Below the pieces are notes generated by a model. It worked only from the letters and a program-made list of their open reading frames with translations, searched no databases and was not told where the DNA came from. 64,000 bases of DNA from Epiperipatus broadwayi (taxonomy: Eukaryota; Animalia; Onychophora): the NCBI GenBank assembly GCA_028023455.1, contig JAQFVV010000009.1, forward strand, positions 620,001 to 684,000, given 5' to 3'. This document shows positions 38,211-50,531 of this stretch, piece after piece; position 1 is the first letter of the stretch; the number at the start of each line of letters is the position of its first letter. The translations under genes and the position numbers were made by a program.

Positions 38211-40799
38211 CTATGAAAAGTTAACTATTGTAAGTTCATTTTATTAATATATATATAAACTCATTATAATATTTCTTTCTCACTATATATATATATATAT
38301 ACTGGAACATTTTAAATTCAAAAAAATCTGAATTTAATTGCAGTTCAAAGAGAGTTTACATTCACAAAACCTATTAAACGTCCCTGAAACATGAAAGCTA
38401 ATTCAGCTTGCAAAAAAATAGAGATATTTAAGGCAATGGATGCCCTCAAATAAAAATAGTAATTGGAAACATGGCTATTATCCTTTAATAAAAATCATTT
38501 CTAATGATTTTTTCCAAACAATTTTAAGAGAAAATGTTAAGAAATGGAGAAAATAGAATGACATATCTGATGAGTAAAATGCTTCTGGAAGTATTTTTTG
38601 ATGGCAGTATTTTATTGTTCAAAATTTTTTTATCATGACTCAGGATTGATACTATTGTCAAAATATTAAATATGACGTCAGATAAGTTCAGATTAATTTT
38701 CCTGTTTTGAGAAATCAAGAATACTACCAATAATGAATAATCTCTTATCAGTGCTATGATTGATATTTCTGGCATTGTGCCATAAAAAAGACACTCCAAT
38801 AAAAATTAAGTTTAACAAAATTTACTGAAAACATTTTATATCCATATTATCTTGTCTTCAATGATACATTCTACATTTTCATAGAATAATTTTTGGGAAT
38901 CTTTTGCATCAAATGAATATTGTTTTGTTTGCTGAGCCTTATATTTATTAAAAAAGTTTCTATTTATTTATTTGGTGCTCTTTCATAGTATCCTTATTTC
39001 ATGAATTTCTTTGATATTTTCATTTCTTTTAAACACTTTAAACACACCTTGTTCTGTTTGTCAGCACAAAACATAGTTTTCCTCTGGTCTTCTGAATTCA
39101 TGTCTTGTGAAATAAAATACAACACTTATGCTTTAGTGGTTTTATTAAAGTAATTTTTTTAAAAAACATTTTTATTTATCCAATATATATATAAAAAGAA
39201 ATTTCTAAAAAGTTCTGTCCACTTTCATGTTTTAAGTTGTAATTTTTCAAATGTTCTTCAATTGTCGTGATAGCATGGATTATCTTTTAAGTGTAGTTTG
39301 ACAACTATTAAACAACTTTTTTCATAAGATCTACTTGATAATTTCAAATATCATTAAAATTTTCCATTTACATTTATTGCGATTTTATTTTTTATTATTA
39401 GCAGTTTGAAATAGATTTTGTTTATTAATCATTTATTTTCTTCATGATTAACAGTCATTTTTATTAGATGTTTGTTCATAACTTAAATCTAATTTCACAT
39501 TACATTAAATATTTTACCAAGCAAAAAACAGCATGTTTCCTTTCAATTAAATCACAAGTAATAGAATCATTGTCAAAGAACCAATCAGAATTTTTCTTTT
39601 CAGTAAAAGCAAAAAAACAGAATTTCTTATATGCACAAACATGCCCATTAAAAGAATTCCATGTGTTAATAATATACTACAATCTTAAAAATTCAAAGTG
39701 ATGATTTTAATATTTAACAACTTTTAAAATTTAACACAAGCAGAACTTGTTTTTAAAGAAAGAATATCAAATTTTCTACCAATATATTTGGAACAGGATA
39801 ATATTTTTAAAAACAATTATTATTCAAATAAAAGAATATTAGACTATCCAACAATCTATACTTGTAAATGTATTTATAATATAAATTTTACATTATGAAC
39901 CCTAATTACAACATAAAATACATTTCCATAAGATGCTATTGTTCTAAGAATAGTTCCTTTAGAATGATTATTCTGCCTAAATGTTTATAATAGTTAATCC
40001 ATGTGTGGTGCAAAAATTTAATAATAGCAGAACCTTCAAGTTTACAGAGACAATATCATAAAGTTTACAGTAACTCAAAGTTATACTTGAAAAAAAAAAA
40101 GTAGATTTTTAATCATATTGATGTTGTAATGCTATTCAATAATAAATAAAAACTTTCTCGGAGTTTTCTAAATTTAATGTTAAATTATAAACAATGATTA
40201 TATCAGCATCCTTTTATAAATGCATTTAGAAGTTTCAAGAATAGAATACAACAAGTTAAATCTCAAGGTAAATAACCAAGTAATTAATTTGCATTTGATG
40301 ATTCTCCAAAAAAACTTGTAGTACCTATTCAATTATATTATTACATATATTAACATGAAACTTGTCTCAATTAAATGTAACATTTAAGTCATAATGCCAC
40401 TATTTATTTTCCACATATTTTTCTTCAGATGTTTTTTTTTTTATTAAAAAAATTTCCGATAAACAAATTCAAATCTTGTTTTAGACAATTTTTAGCTACT
40501 TCATTAACTCTTAAAAATTTATTCAAGTTCAGTCTAACCTTTAATATAAATAATTGCCTGAGAACTTTCTGTTTGAAAGAAAAAAAACATCATATAATAC
40601 CAGTTTGTACAATACTTTTCAAAAACAAATTATTTATTCCAACTCTGGCATCTATTGTAATCTTGAGTATTTAATAAATATTCAATGTAGTCTTTATTAA
40701 ATACATATTCAATACTATTTTATCTATATCCTCAGATTAGATTCTGAATCACAATCTTCACCAATAATGGATTTAAACCTGACCTAGTACACTTGAATT

Positions 40800-40906
40800 T
40801 TTTGGATCTATTGCACTTTTTATCCAATGGCTAACTTTTTAGCCTTTTTTATTTTTTGGATCTATTGCACTTTTTATCCAATGGCTAACTTTTTAGCCTT
40901 TTTTAT
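40800..40906. repeat. Tandem duplication of a ~54-bp unit
   Basis: TTTTGGATCTATTGCACTTTTTATCCAATGGCTAACTTTTTAGCCTTTTTTAT occurs twice. Confidence 0.9.
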
Positions 40907-41579
40907 ACTATCAAGCCAACAGCCTGAGATTCAAGAACATCTTAAATGTTTTGAATTCAAATTAATTTGCTTGTATAGTTAAACAGATCTGATTTCAATT
41001 CAGTATCTATATGATTCTGTGTTCTCAGTTTTTTAACCATTATAATCATGGGTGATAAGTTTAAACCTGGATCTAGTGAAGTAGATTATAAACAAGAAAC
41101 TAGACCAAAGGGGAAAATAGTTACAGCCATTAAAAAATTATAATTTACTGTACTAGTAACATATCTATGCAACCATGGAAGCAACAAATTGGCTTAGATT
41201 CAAATCATTAAGATGTTTATGAATCCCAGGCTGACCACTTTTTAGTTCAAAGAAGAGTGATATATGCTGCTGAATGAAAAGTACTCTAGATTTAAAAAAC
41301 TTGGGTGCATTCGGTCTTCAAACTTCTCAGTGACCAAACAATAAACAAAAAACTAGTCTGAGGAATATGAATAAATCAGCACCAAATATGGATTTAATAA
41401 GTACTATGTATAACATAACATAAATTACTTAATAATGAATATTTCTATAGTGTAATTTTCATTACACCACTCCCATGCAAGGTAGAAGACTGGTTTCTAT
41501 CCGCTTTTAAAATCTTTTGGAGGGATGTAATCATAAACATATGACCAAAGATATGTGAAAAAGATCTATGATCTTCAAG

Positions 41580-41630
41580 ATATATCAGCACTCATCAGTT
41601 AGTCCAGATCACAATCTCTTACACATATCT
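41580..41630 (-). repeat. Degenerate copy of the hammerhead-bearing family at 22.7 kb
   Basis: - strand GATCTGGACTAA CTGATGA GTGCTG... matches AATCTGGACCAACTGATGAGTGCTG; the 3' half of the ribozyme is decayed. Confidence 0.55.
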
Positions 41631-41739
41631 TTATCACTGTTCAATATATATATACACATAGAAAATTACTAGTTTAACTAATAAGTGTCAAGGCTGTTGC
41701 CCTCACAACTTTGGCACAAATCACTTAATGAAAGTATAT

Positions 41740-41918
41740 TAATTTTTATTAGTCATTCATTAGACTAGAGATTATCCAATAATGAATAATATTTCTGTAG
41801 TGTAAGCAAACAGAAATCAGTCCCTACCTTGCATGAGAGTGGTGTAGTAAAAATTATACTACAAAAATATTATTCATTATTGAATAATCTCTATCTAATG
41901 AATGACTAATAAAAATTA
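41740..41918. repeat. Small inverted-repeat element (MITE-like, ~65-bp arms)
   Basis: TAATTTTTATTAGTCATTCATTAGA..GAGATTATCCAATAATGAATAATATTT vs AAATATTATTCATTATTGAATAATCTC..TCTAATGAATGACTAATAAAAATTA. A partial relative lies at ~41425-41485. Confidence 0.7.
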
Positions 41919-42426
41919 TTAATAAATTACTCAAGTTTACAATAGGTGGCAGAGTGAAAATATTTTGTTCTTGAACTTCTAGTATACTTGATTTTGATAA
42001 CAGTGGATTTATTATAAAATCAATTTGTTCAATAAATCATAGAATTCTATGTAAGTTCAGGATTTGAATCAATTTCAACATTGATTGACAATGGGCCAAA
42101 TAATTTAGATATTCTGCTTTACTTCAGAAAACCACAAAAATAATTATAACTATTATTATACATATAATATTACATTTTTATCATTTACAAATCAGAGAAT
42201 TCATTCTGTCTATATGCATGTTTGTGAATTTAATATACATTATTATAAATAAAAATTGAAAACACTAAAAACATTTTTTTTTTTACAAATTTCAAACTAT
42301 TATCACATTTAAGTGTAATGTCAATAAATAGTTTTGTATCAATAATGTAAAGCATTCACAATGTGTAACCGCAAAAGATAATCCACCCAAACATTCATAT
42401 ATAATCACACACACATCTATGCGTAC

Positions 42427-43264
42427 CTGATCGTTTTAATGATTTTGGCTTGGTTTGATCTTGATCTGTAATGATGAAAGTTCCACTGCTACTTTTAAGC
42501 TTTGCATTGCTGCATGGAGTATTGTCATCATTTTTTCCTTGATCATTTTGTAATTTAATATTTTTAATTGCTTTAAGATTTTGTTTTTTAATTTTCAAAT
42601 TCTTAACCTCTCTACTTGATTTAATATCCAAAAATTTAGTAATTTCATTATCTACATCTTCTACCTGAGAAACATTACTTATAGTTTCAATCATGTTATT
42701 ATTAAGAGAGCCATTGCTGCCAACTTCTACACTCAATTCATTTTCTTCTTGAATGCTACCAATACTGCTGACAGATTCAACATCAGTATCACTTTCATCA
42801 CTCTCTTCATCAATTTCTTCATCACTATCATCATCTTCTTCATTATCAGATTTATTTTCATTATCCTTTCCTTTATTCTCATTAGAATGAGCTTGATCAC
42901 TGTCACTTTCCTCTTCAGAGATACTGTCATCATAAGCGTCTTCAAACTCTTCCATATCTTGATCTGGCTGAAGGTCCTCTTCACAAAAATCATGTTCTAT
43001 ATGAAGACTTTTCAAGTTTTGTATTACTGATGGAATAAATGATTTATTTTTTTCCATATCATTTGCAGACCCATTAGACTCTGAAATATTTTCATTGCTT
43101 TCTCCAATTTCCTGGCTTACCGATCCTTCAACACACTGGATATCTGGTTGTTTTTCAATTTGACCTTCCTCAGTGGTTGGCTGTTCATTTGCCTGATCTT
43201 TAACACATTCATTTCTTACTTTGTCTACATTTTCTATATTATTTTGTTCTGTAGGTTCTTCTTT
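42427..43264 (-). CDS. GNL2: GNL2 large acidic exon
   Basis: ttttag|AAA GAA GAA ... TCA G|gtacgc, 838 nt open frame (phase 0 to 1), including ORF 42395..43057. D/E/S-rich; VIQNLKSLHIEHDFCEEDL resembles the conserved GNL2 C-terminal block. Confidence 0.85.
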
Positions 43265-44240
43265 CTAAAATAATAATAATAATGAATTTTAAAATATAGT
43301 AACAGCATATAATGTAGTTAACAAAGATACTTCTTACACAATATATTTGCATATATTGAACTATAAATGAAAATATCCTTGTAATAATCTCAATTATTAC
43401 ATGGAAATTACTATTTATAGTTCAATGTTTACCCCTGTAAATCCATGAAAAATTTTAAATTTGTACAAATATATATACATACACATACCCTGGCTTAATT
43501 ACAAATACATGACTAAATAAAAAGTTGTGATACTTCTTTCTTTACTCTAGAATTTAAAAAATTTTTAAATATAGAATAACTCAATGGATATAAGATGCCC
43601 ATAATCAATTTCTGGCAAACTGGTCTCCAGAAAAGAGTTTCTGATATGACTATATTTATTCAGTGGTTATTTATATATTCTTATCTGTGTGCTCAACTTT
43701 AAAAAAATGACAATTGTTTTAAAATTTTGAGCCCCAAGTTAATTTATAAGGAAAGAAAATTATAAATGGTAAAAGAAAATAATAAAAGCAAGTACAGATA
43801 TGCATATCTTATTAAAAACAAACAATAAAAATACTACTACTATTACTATAAAGTCCTGATTGAATAAACAGAGACCATAAAACATTACAATGAGCAATAA
43901 TACTTGATCCTCACTGATAATAGTTTGTCTTTATTCACAATTTCTTTTAACATTTCAATGGTGGAGCTATATTTATAAACTTTTTTAAGCCTCATGAATA
44001 AAGAAATTATATATAATCTTGTAGAATTAATCTTTAATATTATTTTTCAATAGTCACAATAAATCTATGAGATAATTATAAAAGATACAATATATATATA
44101 TATTGTAATCTGCTGGAAGCTAAGCTAACAGCGCGAGAAGATAAGAGGATGCAAGCAACATAAGCAAATAATAATAACCATTGATCTCAGCAAATAATTA
44201 CTTATTAATTTATTAATGAATAATTGTCTAACTAATAAGA

Positions 44241-44771
44241 TTTACTAAGACTGTAACCTTAGGAATAAGCATCTGAAAAATTCGAAGGTAGGGACCTCTA
44301 CAGGTCTCAGCCACAAGCGGCTAAGACCTGTAGAGGTCCCTACCTTCGAATTTTTCAGACGCTTATTCCTAAGGTTAAAGCCTTAGTAAATATTACTTAA
44401 TATAATAATGTGCGTTTAATAAAATTTATAATTACAACTTTAAATTATCATAATAGATTTCTTACTATAAGATCTTTCCATTGACTCGTTGTAAATCGTA
44501 AGAATTATGGGCTTAATTAGTGAAGTATTGAATAGCTTCACACTCTTAAATCTAACTACTTCAGCTTCACCTATTCATATATAAAAGTAGGTTGAAGTAA
44601 AGAAGGGTTTCCCTCTTCTAATGGGGTTTCCCTCTTTTCTTCCGAGCGTAAGCTTGTGGCTAAGACCTGTAGAGGTCCCTACCTTCGAATTTTTCAGACA
44701 CTTATTCCTAAGGTTACAGCCTTAGTAAATATTACTTAATATAATAATGTGTGTTTAATAAAATTTATAAT
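44241..44771 (+). mobile_element. 531-bp TSD-flanked mini-element: inverted copy + two direct repeats (Penelope-like architecture)
   Basis: Hairpin arms 44240-44312 / 44319-44391; 115-bp direct repeats 44319-44433 and 44658-44772; perfect 14-bp TSD TCTAACTAATAAGA at 44227-44240 and 44772-44785. Confidence 0.75.
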
Positions 44772-45720
44772 TCTAACTAATAAGAATAAAAAAAAGAATA
44801 ATAAGAAGAAGAATAAAAAGAAGAAGAATATATCATTTTCATTAATATAATAAATATTTCCAAATAAAATAATTTATCATCAGTGTGCAATTTAAATATA
44901 ATATAAATATTAAATCAAATTGAAATCCGTGATGATGACAAATAGAAATAGAAAAAACTAAATAATGGCAATATGACAAACTTTAAATTTCACAAAAATC
45001 AACAATTTATTACAAAGATAAATTTTCATAATTTATAAAAAAAACACTATTTTATTTACATCATATGAGACACAAGACTTTTCCAGTGAGACAACTGTTT
45101 ACACATTTCACTAGAACAAATTTAAAGTTACAATTTTTTTTTATACAATTGACAACAACTTAGATTACTAATCAATTAATTTCAACATTTAAGTTTTCTT
45201 TATCCTTTCCAAATAAACAATACAAATATTTTCTATACTATTATATTTTCAAGTGGGTAAATATTTTTTGTCTAAGGCTGGCACAATTATAAGTTACACT
45301 TTACTTTAGTTATACTAATATAAGCAATATAAAAGACTACTATAATAGTAAATACTTTAGCAATAACCATTAATATTGGTTAAAAGCATGATTTACCTTT
45401 TATAGCAAATACATATTTCCTTCACTTAATTAATAAGCATATACTCTGTTTTAATTAACTATTAACTATTTGATAATAATTAAGCTTTTCAGAAGTATTA
45501 TTTCTGAAAGAATATTCAATACACTTATGAATAAATTCCAATATTTTGAAATAAATAATAACTTAAGTCATACTTAAAATAGTTTTAAATTTAAAATTAA
45601 TATAATTAAAAATAATGTATTATAACTATTCCTCTTATTTATTTTTTTTAAATAGTAATTATGAACTATTTTCTAATAATTAATTTATAATTTAATTGAT
45701 CGTCTTTATTGCTATCACTC

Positions 45721-46097
45721 AACAATTACATTTTGACAAGAAATCCTTAAGTTTAAAATACTATAAGCACAACTTAAGAAATAAATTACAAGTATATTAT
45801 GGTATCTTTTTAAACAACAGCTAAGATATAACTTGGAAATGAAATAGGAAGCTTATGGGAATTACATCTAAATGGCCAAATATACATACACGGCTAGAAG
45901 ACCTATGTTTGCCCTATGATTTATTCTATGCACTATGGGAATAAAACATAAAAAAGAACTGAAGACGCATATAAACCAACAATTACATTTTGACAAGAAA
46001 TCCTTAAGTTTAAAACACTGTAAGCACACTTAAGAAATAAACTACAAGTATATTATGGTATCTTTTTAAACAGCAGCTAAGATATAACTTGGAAATA
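45721..46097 (+). repeat. ~120-bp direct repeats separated by ~138 bp
   Basis: AACAATTACATTTTGACAAGAAATCCTTAAG...GATATAACTTGGAAAT at 45721-45840 and ~45979-46097. Confidence 0.8.
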
Positions 46098-47660
46098 ATG
46101 TATAAAATTTCACCACAAAAAATAAATAGATGCTTAATAGCAGGACTATAGTCATTCTAACCATTATAATACACTAACATAGTCTAATAACAATAGCATA
46201 GACATAGCAATAAGACACATGTAAATAAGTGTTCAATAAAACAATTTACTATCTAACACATATATAATCATGGCTGTGCTAATAACTAAGAAACATCATT
46301 CACTCCAACGCAAATCTTTTTTATAAATTTCAAATGGCAATTAGCATAATATGAGAAATAATTTTTCAGAACAAAATACTCTAGAATGTTTTATCTTTCA
46401 AGTTCTGAAATAATACTAACTGACTTAAGCATATGAAACAATTATAATAAATATAATATTCTAAATAAATAAATTACCAAAAATATTTTTGTTTAATAAC
46501 ATTTATATCCAGCGAAGTTCTATTGAAATGTCAAAATAAAGTTATTATTTACCACACCTTAAATATTTCTACACTCTATATCATCTCATACCTATATATA
46601 TATATATAATATATATTTTAAAATTCAACAAGACAAATATTAAAAATATTTTTCTTAAAATATAACAATTCAAAATTAAAAGTAAGAAAAAATGAAAATA
46701 AGAGAAAAGTTAATTTTCATGTTTACCAACACACCTCCAACAATAAGTTTAAATAGTTGGTTCATTAATGAAACTTTTTTTTTCTTCTTCCATCCACTCA
46801 TAGTTCTGAAAATAAACTTTAGTATACCAATAGATGAATCTCAATAGTGAATTCAGCTAAAGTCTAGTCTCCAGAGTTTCACTTTTTCATTTATAAGTGA
46901 TTCTAATTTAGAAGAAATCTTTTTTTTCTCCTCCTTTTTAGATACGGTTTCCAGATAAAATGTATTATTGATAAAAATGCAAATTTACTGCAGCAGCTGA
47001 GTTAATTCATAAAATATTTCATTTTATACGTGTATATGACTTAGTGACAGTTTCTAGATTTTTTTCTTCTCTTTTGGAAGCACAATTATAAACTATCACA
47101 ATAAATAGGTCTAACCAAAATATATATTTCATTATAGGTAATTATAGGATATTATACGTATAGATTAGTAATTTAAATTTTAGATGTAAGTAGTAGCTTC
47201 AGTTTAAACATTTTTGTTTCTTTTTAAAACAAACTGATATACAGTTATAATGAACATTGATTTAAATATAATTTATATTTCAGCGGTTCCATCATAAATT
47301 TCATAATATATTATATGCATAAATTAATAATTGAAGTTTTAATATTTCTCATTTTATAAATTATTAAAAACATCATAACAGTAGCAGAAATAAATAATTA
47401 ATAATAACAGTTCCATATTAAAATGCTAAGTAGAAGATTAAATAGCTTGATTCAGAAAATTTAACACTAGGTTATCTTAAAATCATTTAAAAGTCTATAA
47501 GCAAAGAGAGAACAATTTAGATAATATAACAAACACAGACTTACATAATACACCATTCCTCTATTAGTTGTTTCATTACGGTTAAACTTTTTCCGTAGAC
47601 TTAAGAAAAACTTCTGATGATAATGCAATGTTGTCCAAGCCATTCTACGTCTTATTCTTT

Positions 47661-47769
47661 TTTTTTTTTTTTAAATGTCATAGCATCGGCTGGGATGCGA
47701 ACCCGCAACCCGGGCAACTGCCTGCAATTGCAAGGCAGTCGCGCTGACCTCTCGACCACCAATACAAGA
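47661..47769 (-). mobile_element. tRNA-Gly-derived SINE, same family as 23596
   Basis: Reverse complement nearly identical to the 23596 copy, with poly(T) on +. Imperfect 16-bp TSD CTACGT(C/A)TT(A/G)TTCTTT at 47645-47660 and 47770-47785. Confidence 0.85.
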
Positions 47770-49662
47770 CTACGTATTGTTCTTTTTCTTCCAATTGTTA
47801 CGATAAGCAATATTATTGCGGCTTTTTTTTTCCCACTAGAGAGTTGACTGGTTATTGTTGATTTAAATAAAGATAAAATTTTAAATGCATTTTTAAACAA
47901 AAATATTAACTTCTTTTTTTTAGCAAAAAAAAAAAAAATTTTTTTTTAAAAATTGTTATCAGTTTCTCGCACACACACAACTATTCATTCCCTCTTTTAT
48001 AGCTAATCCAATCGATCAGCTGATTCTACTGAAATCAATCATCCAATAAAATCGATTTTCAGTCACTAACTTTAAGTTCTATTTTTAGACTTAATTAAAG
48101 GACAGAAAGAAAAAAAAATAAACTATTTTAAAAATAGCAATTTAACTTATATAATATTTAAACTTGTAATAAAATATTTCTTTTTTAACACAACTATTTT
48201 ATAAACTAAATATTATTAAACTAACATTACATAATAAATTTCTCATATTTACTTAGTATTTATTAAGTATTAAATACAAGTCAATTCTTTAATATTTTTT
48301 GACTAAAGTAATTATTATTATTAGCAAATTAAATATTATAAAATAACACACATGCAAGAACAGACATACACACACATCAATAGAACTGCTTTAATTGATT
48401 AATGCTTTGTTTCTTACATAATATTATCTAATGATTTATTTAAAATATTTTAAGTTAACTAACTTTATAGATTTAATTGATAACTATTAAAATTTAGATT
48501 TACTTACAATAAAAACTACATTATTTTAATAAATATTAGTACATTATTTATACTTTAAACAACATTATTATTAAAATTTGTACTTATAACACACTATTAA
48601 TATGCATTTTAAATATTAATTAATGCATTAATAATATTATATAAGGTAATTTTAGGTAAAATTGCTTTAATTTTAAAAGGTCACAAAGAATATTACTGAC
48701 TTGAAATATAAATTTTTTACTATTTTGTGCATCTAACTATTTTAATTAGGGCACAAGGACAATTAAAATGGGTACAATATATATATGCAGTAAAAGGCAA
48801 TCACTTATCTTAAAAAAATTGAGTTATTGCATTATAAAATATTAATTATATATTCAACAAATAAAAATATCAAAGATTAAAGTTTGGTAAAAATTATTAA
48901 TGATCAGTGATATTGAATTGTTTGGATTTTTCCATCAGAATAAAAAAAATAAAATATTCTCAAAATTTTGTATCATGGAAGTAATTAACACTAGAAATGA
49001 AAATAAAAAATATTTCATTGAAAAATTTTTTCACTACATATTAAAATGTTAAATTAAGAATAATCACATTTTTATAAACTTTTAAGAAGTTAGTTATATT
49101 TGTTTCTACAAAATAATTGAATGGCTTTATGGTTTGATCCATGGCTCTTGAATTTCATAACCTGCCACTTTATCCTTATACCAAACTATATAGGGCCTAT
49201 TATTCTTATGGATAATGAATGCTATTTCAAATATTTTCTTATTGATGATTTTTTTTTCCCCTAGCCTCCAGTTATCTATTAACAAGGATTTTCTACTCTA
49301 TTTTATGATCTAAGATGTATCTAAAGATTTTTCTAAAAAAATGTTTCTTTTTGTTTATAAAATATTTTAAATGTAGCTGATTAGACAAATTTTATAACCA
49401 ATAATAGAGGGTTTTCTTTAAATATAGAAAAGTTAAGCTGAGAAAATATTTTTAAGTTATCATAGATATTCTCTAAGATGACATTAAAAATTCTTAGTAT
49501 ATAGAAATTATAATCCACATGGCAAAGCAACAGACTCTGGAGCTCATGGTTTGTTGATCATGTCCTAGTTCGGGTCATTTTTGTATTTGAACTTCTTATG
49601 ATCTTCTAAGCAATAAACTATTCTATTATTTATTTCATGGATCACATATCTATTTTATTTAT

Positions 49663-50531
49663 AAATCTTGTTTATACTATGAAGTAAATTTCTCTACATC
49701 CATATCATCTGATAATTTTACTCACATTTTGATCATATTCAATGGTTATTTTCAAGGCCTATTTTCAAATATTCCTACAAATTTATATTGATTTATAAAA
49801 TAATTAATTCACCAAACAATTATAATTTGTTTACAAAATTATAAATATATGTGGATTTACAAATATTTGATTAATTATTATTATATATTTATGATTTTAT
49901 AAATCTTTGTATAATTTATAAATGTTTTATAAAGAGCTCGCAAACAAACTTTGCAGAATATCCTCAACCCCAGACCGGTTTCTGCTACTGGCTTCATCAG
50001 TGAGGTGCTAGGATAGTCAAGCATTAGATTAAAAATACTAGGACAAGCCCAGCACTTTAGCTAATGGATAACTATTAAGTAGAAAATCTGAAATTTTCAG
50101 ACATCCATGTCTTCCAATCCAGTTATCTAACTTAAATAGCCATATGGGACTGAACTAAGTTCAGATACACCATATATTAATAGCTTTAGCAATATAAAAT
50201 CACCCAAGCTTTAATAGCAAAAAAAAAAAAAAAAATACAAATAAATCAAGATGTCACACGACCTAATTTAAACAAGCTTGCATTACAGAAACCAGTCTGG
50301 GGTTGAGGATATTCTGCAAAGCTTGTTAAGAGATTATTTGCAAGCTCTTTATAAAACATTTGTGACATCTGACTTGATTTATTTGTAATTTATAAATCTA
50401 TACATGTTTGTGAGAATAATTGAAATAAACATTGAAAATGACCATAATATATAATCAAAACAAGATAGAACTATATAATAACAATATATATGGATGCAGA
50501 GAAATTTACTTCATAGAATAAGCAAGATTTG
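49663..50531. repeat. Nested degenerate palindrome with a second hammerhead family
   Basis: Inner arms ~49920-49984 / 50286-50361; outer arms ~49663-49756 / 50430-50531; extra IR 50236-50257 / 50362-50387. No TSD found. Confidence 0.7.
49968..50005 (-). ncRNA. Minimal type I hammerhead ribozyme, family 2 (weak stem II)
   Basis: - strand CCUCA CUGAUGA AGCCAGUAGCA GAAA CCG GUC UGGGG. Stem I CCUCA/UGGGG, palindromic stem III ACCGGU, GUC cleavage triplet. Confidence 0.65.

Noticed and set aside
33380-41350. Several degenerate transposase-like stretches (33400-34250, 37140-37830, 39000-39700, 40400-41350)
   Set aside because: Probably old TE remnants, but no motif could be identified confidently by eye.
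44324-44360. CTGTAGA...CGAA as a hammerhead
   Set aside because: A6 is substituted, GAAA is incomplete and there is no stem I partner, so it is not called a ribozyme.
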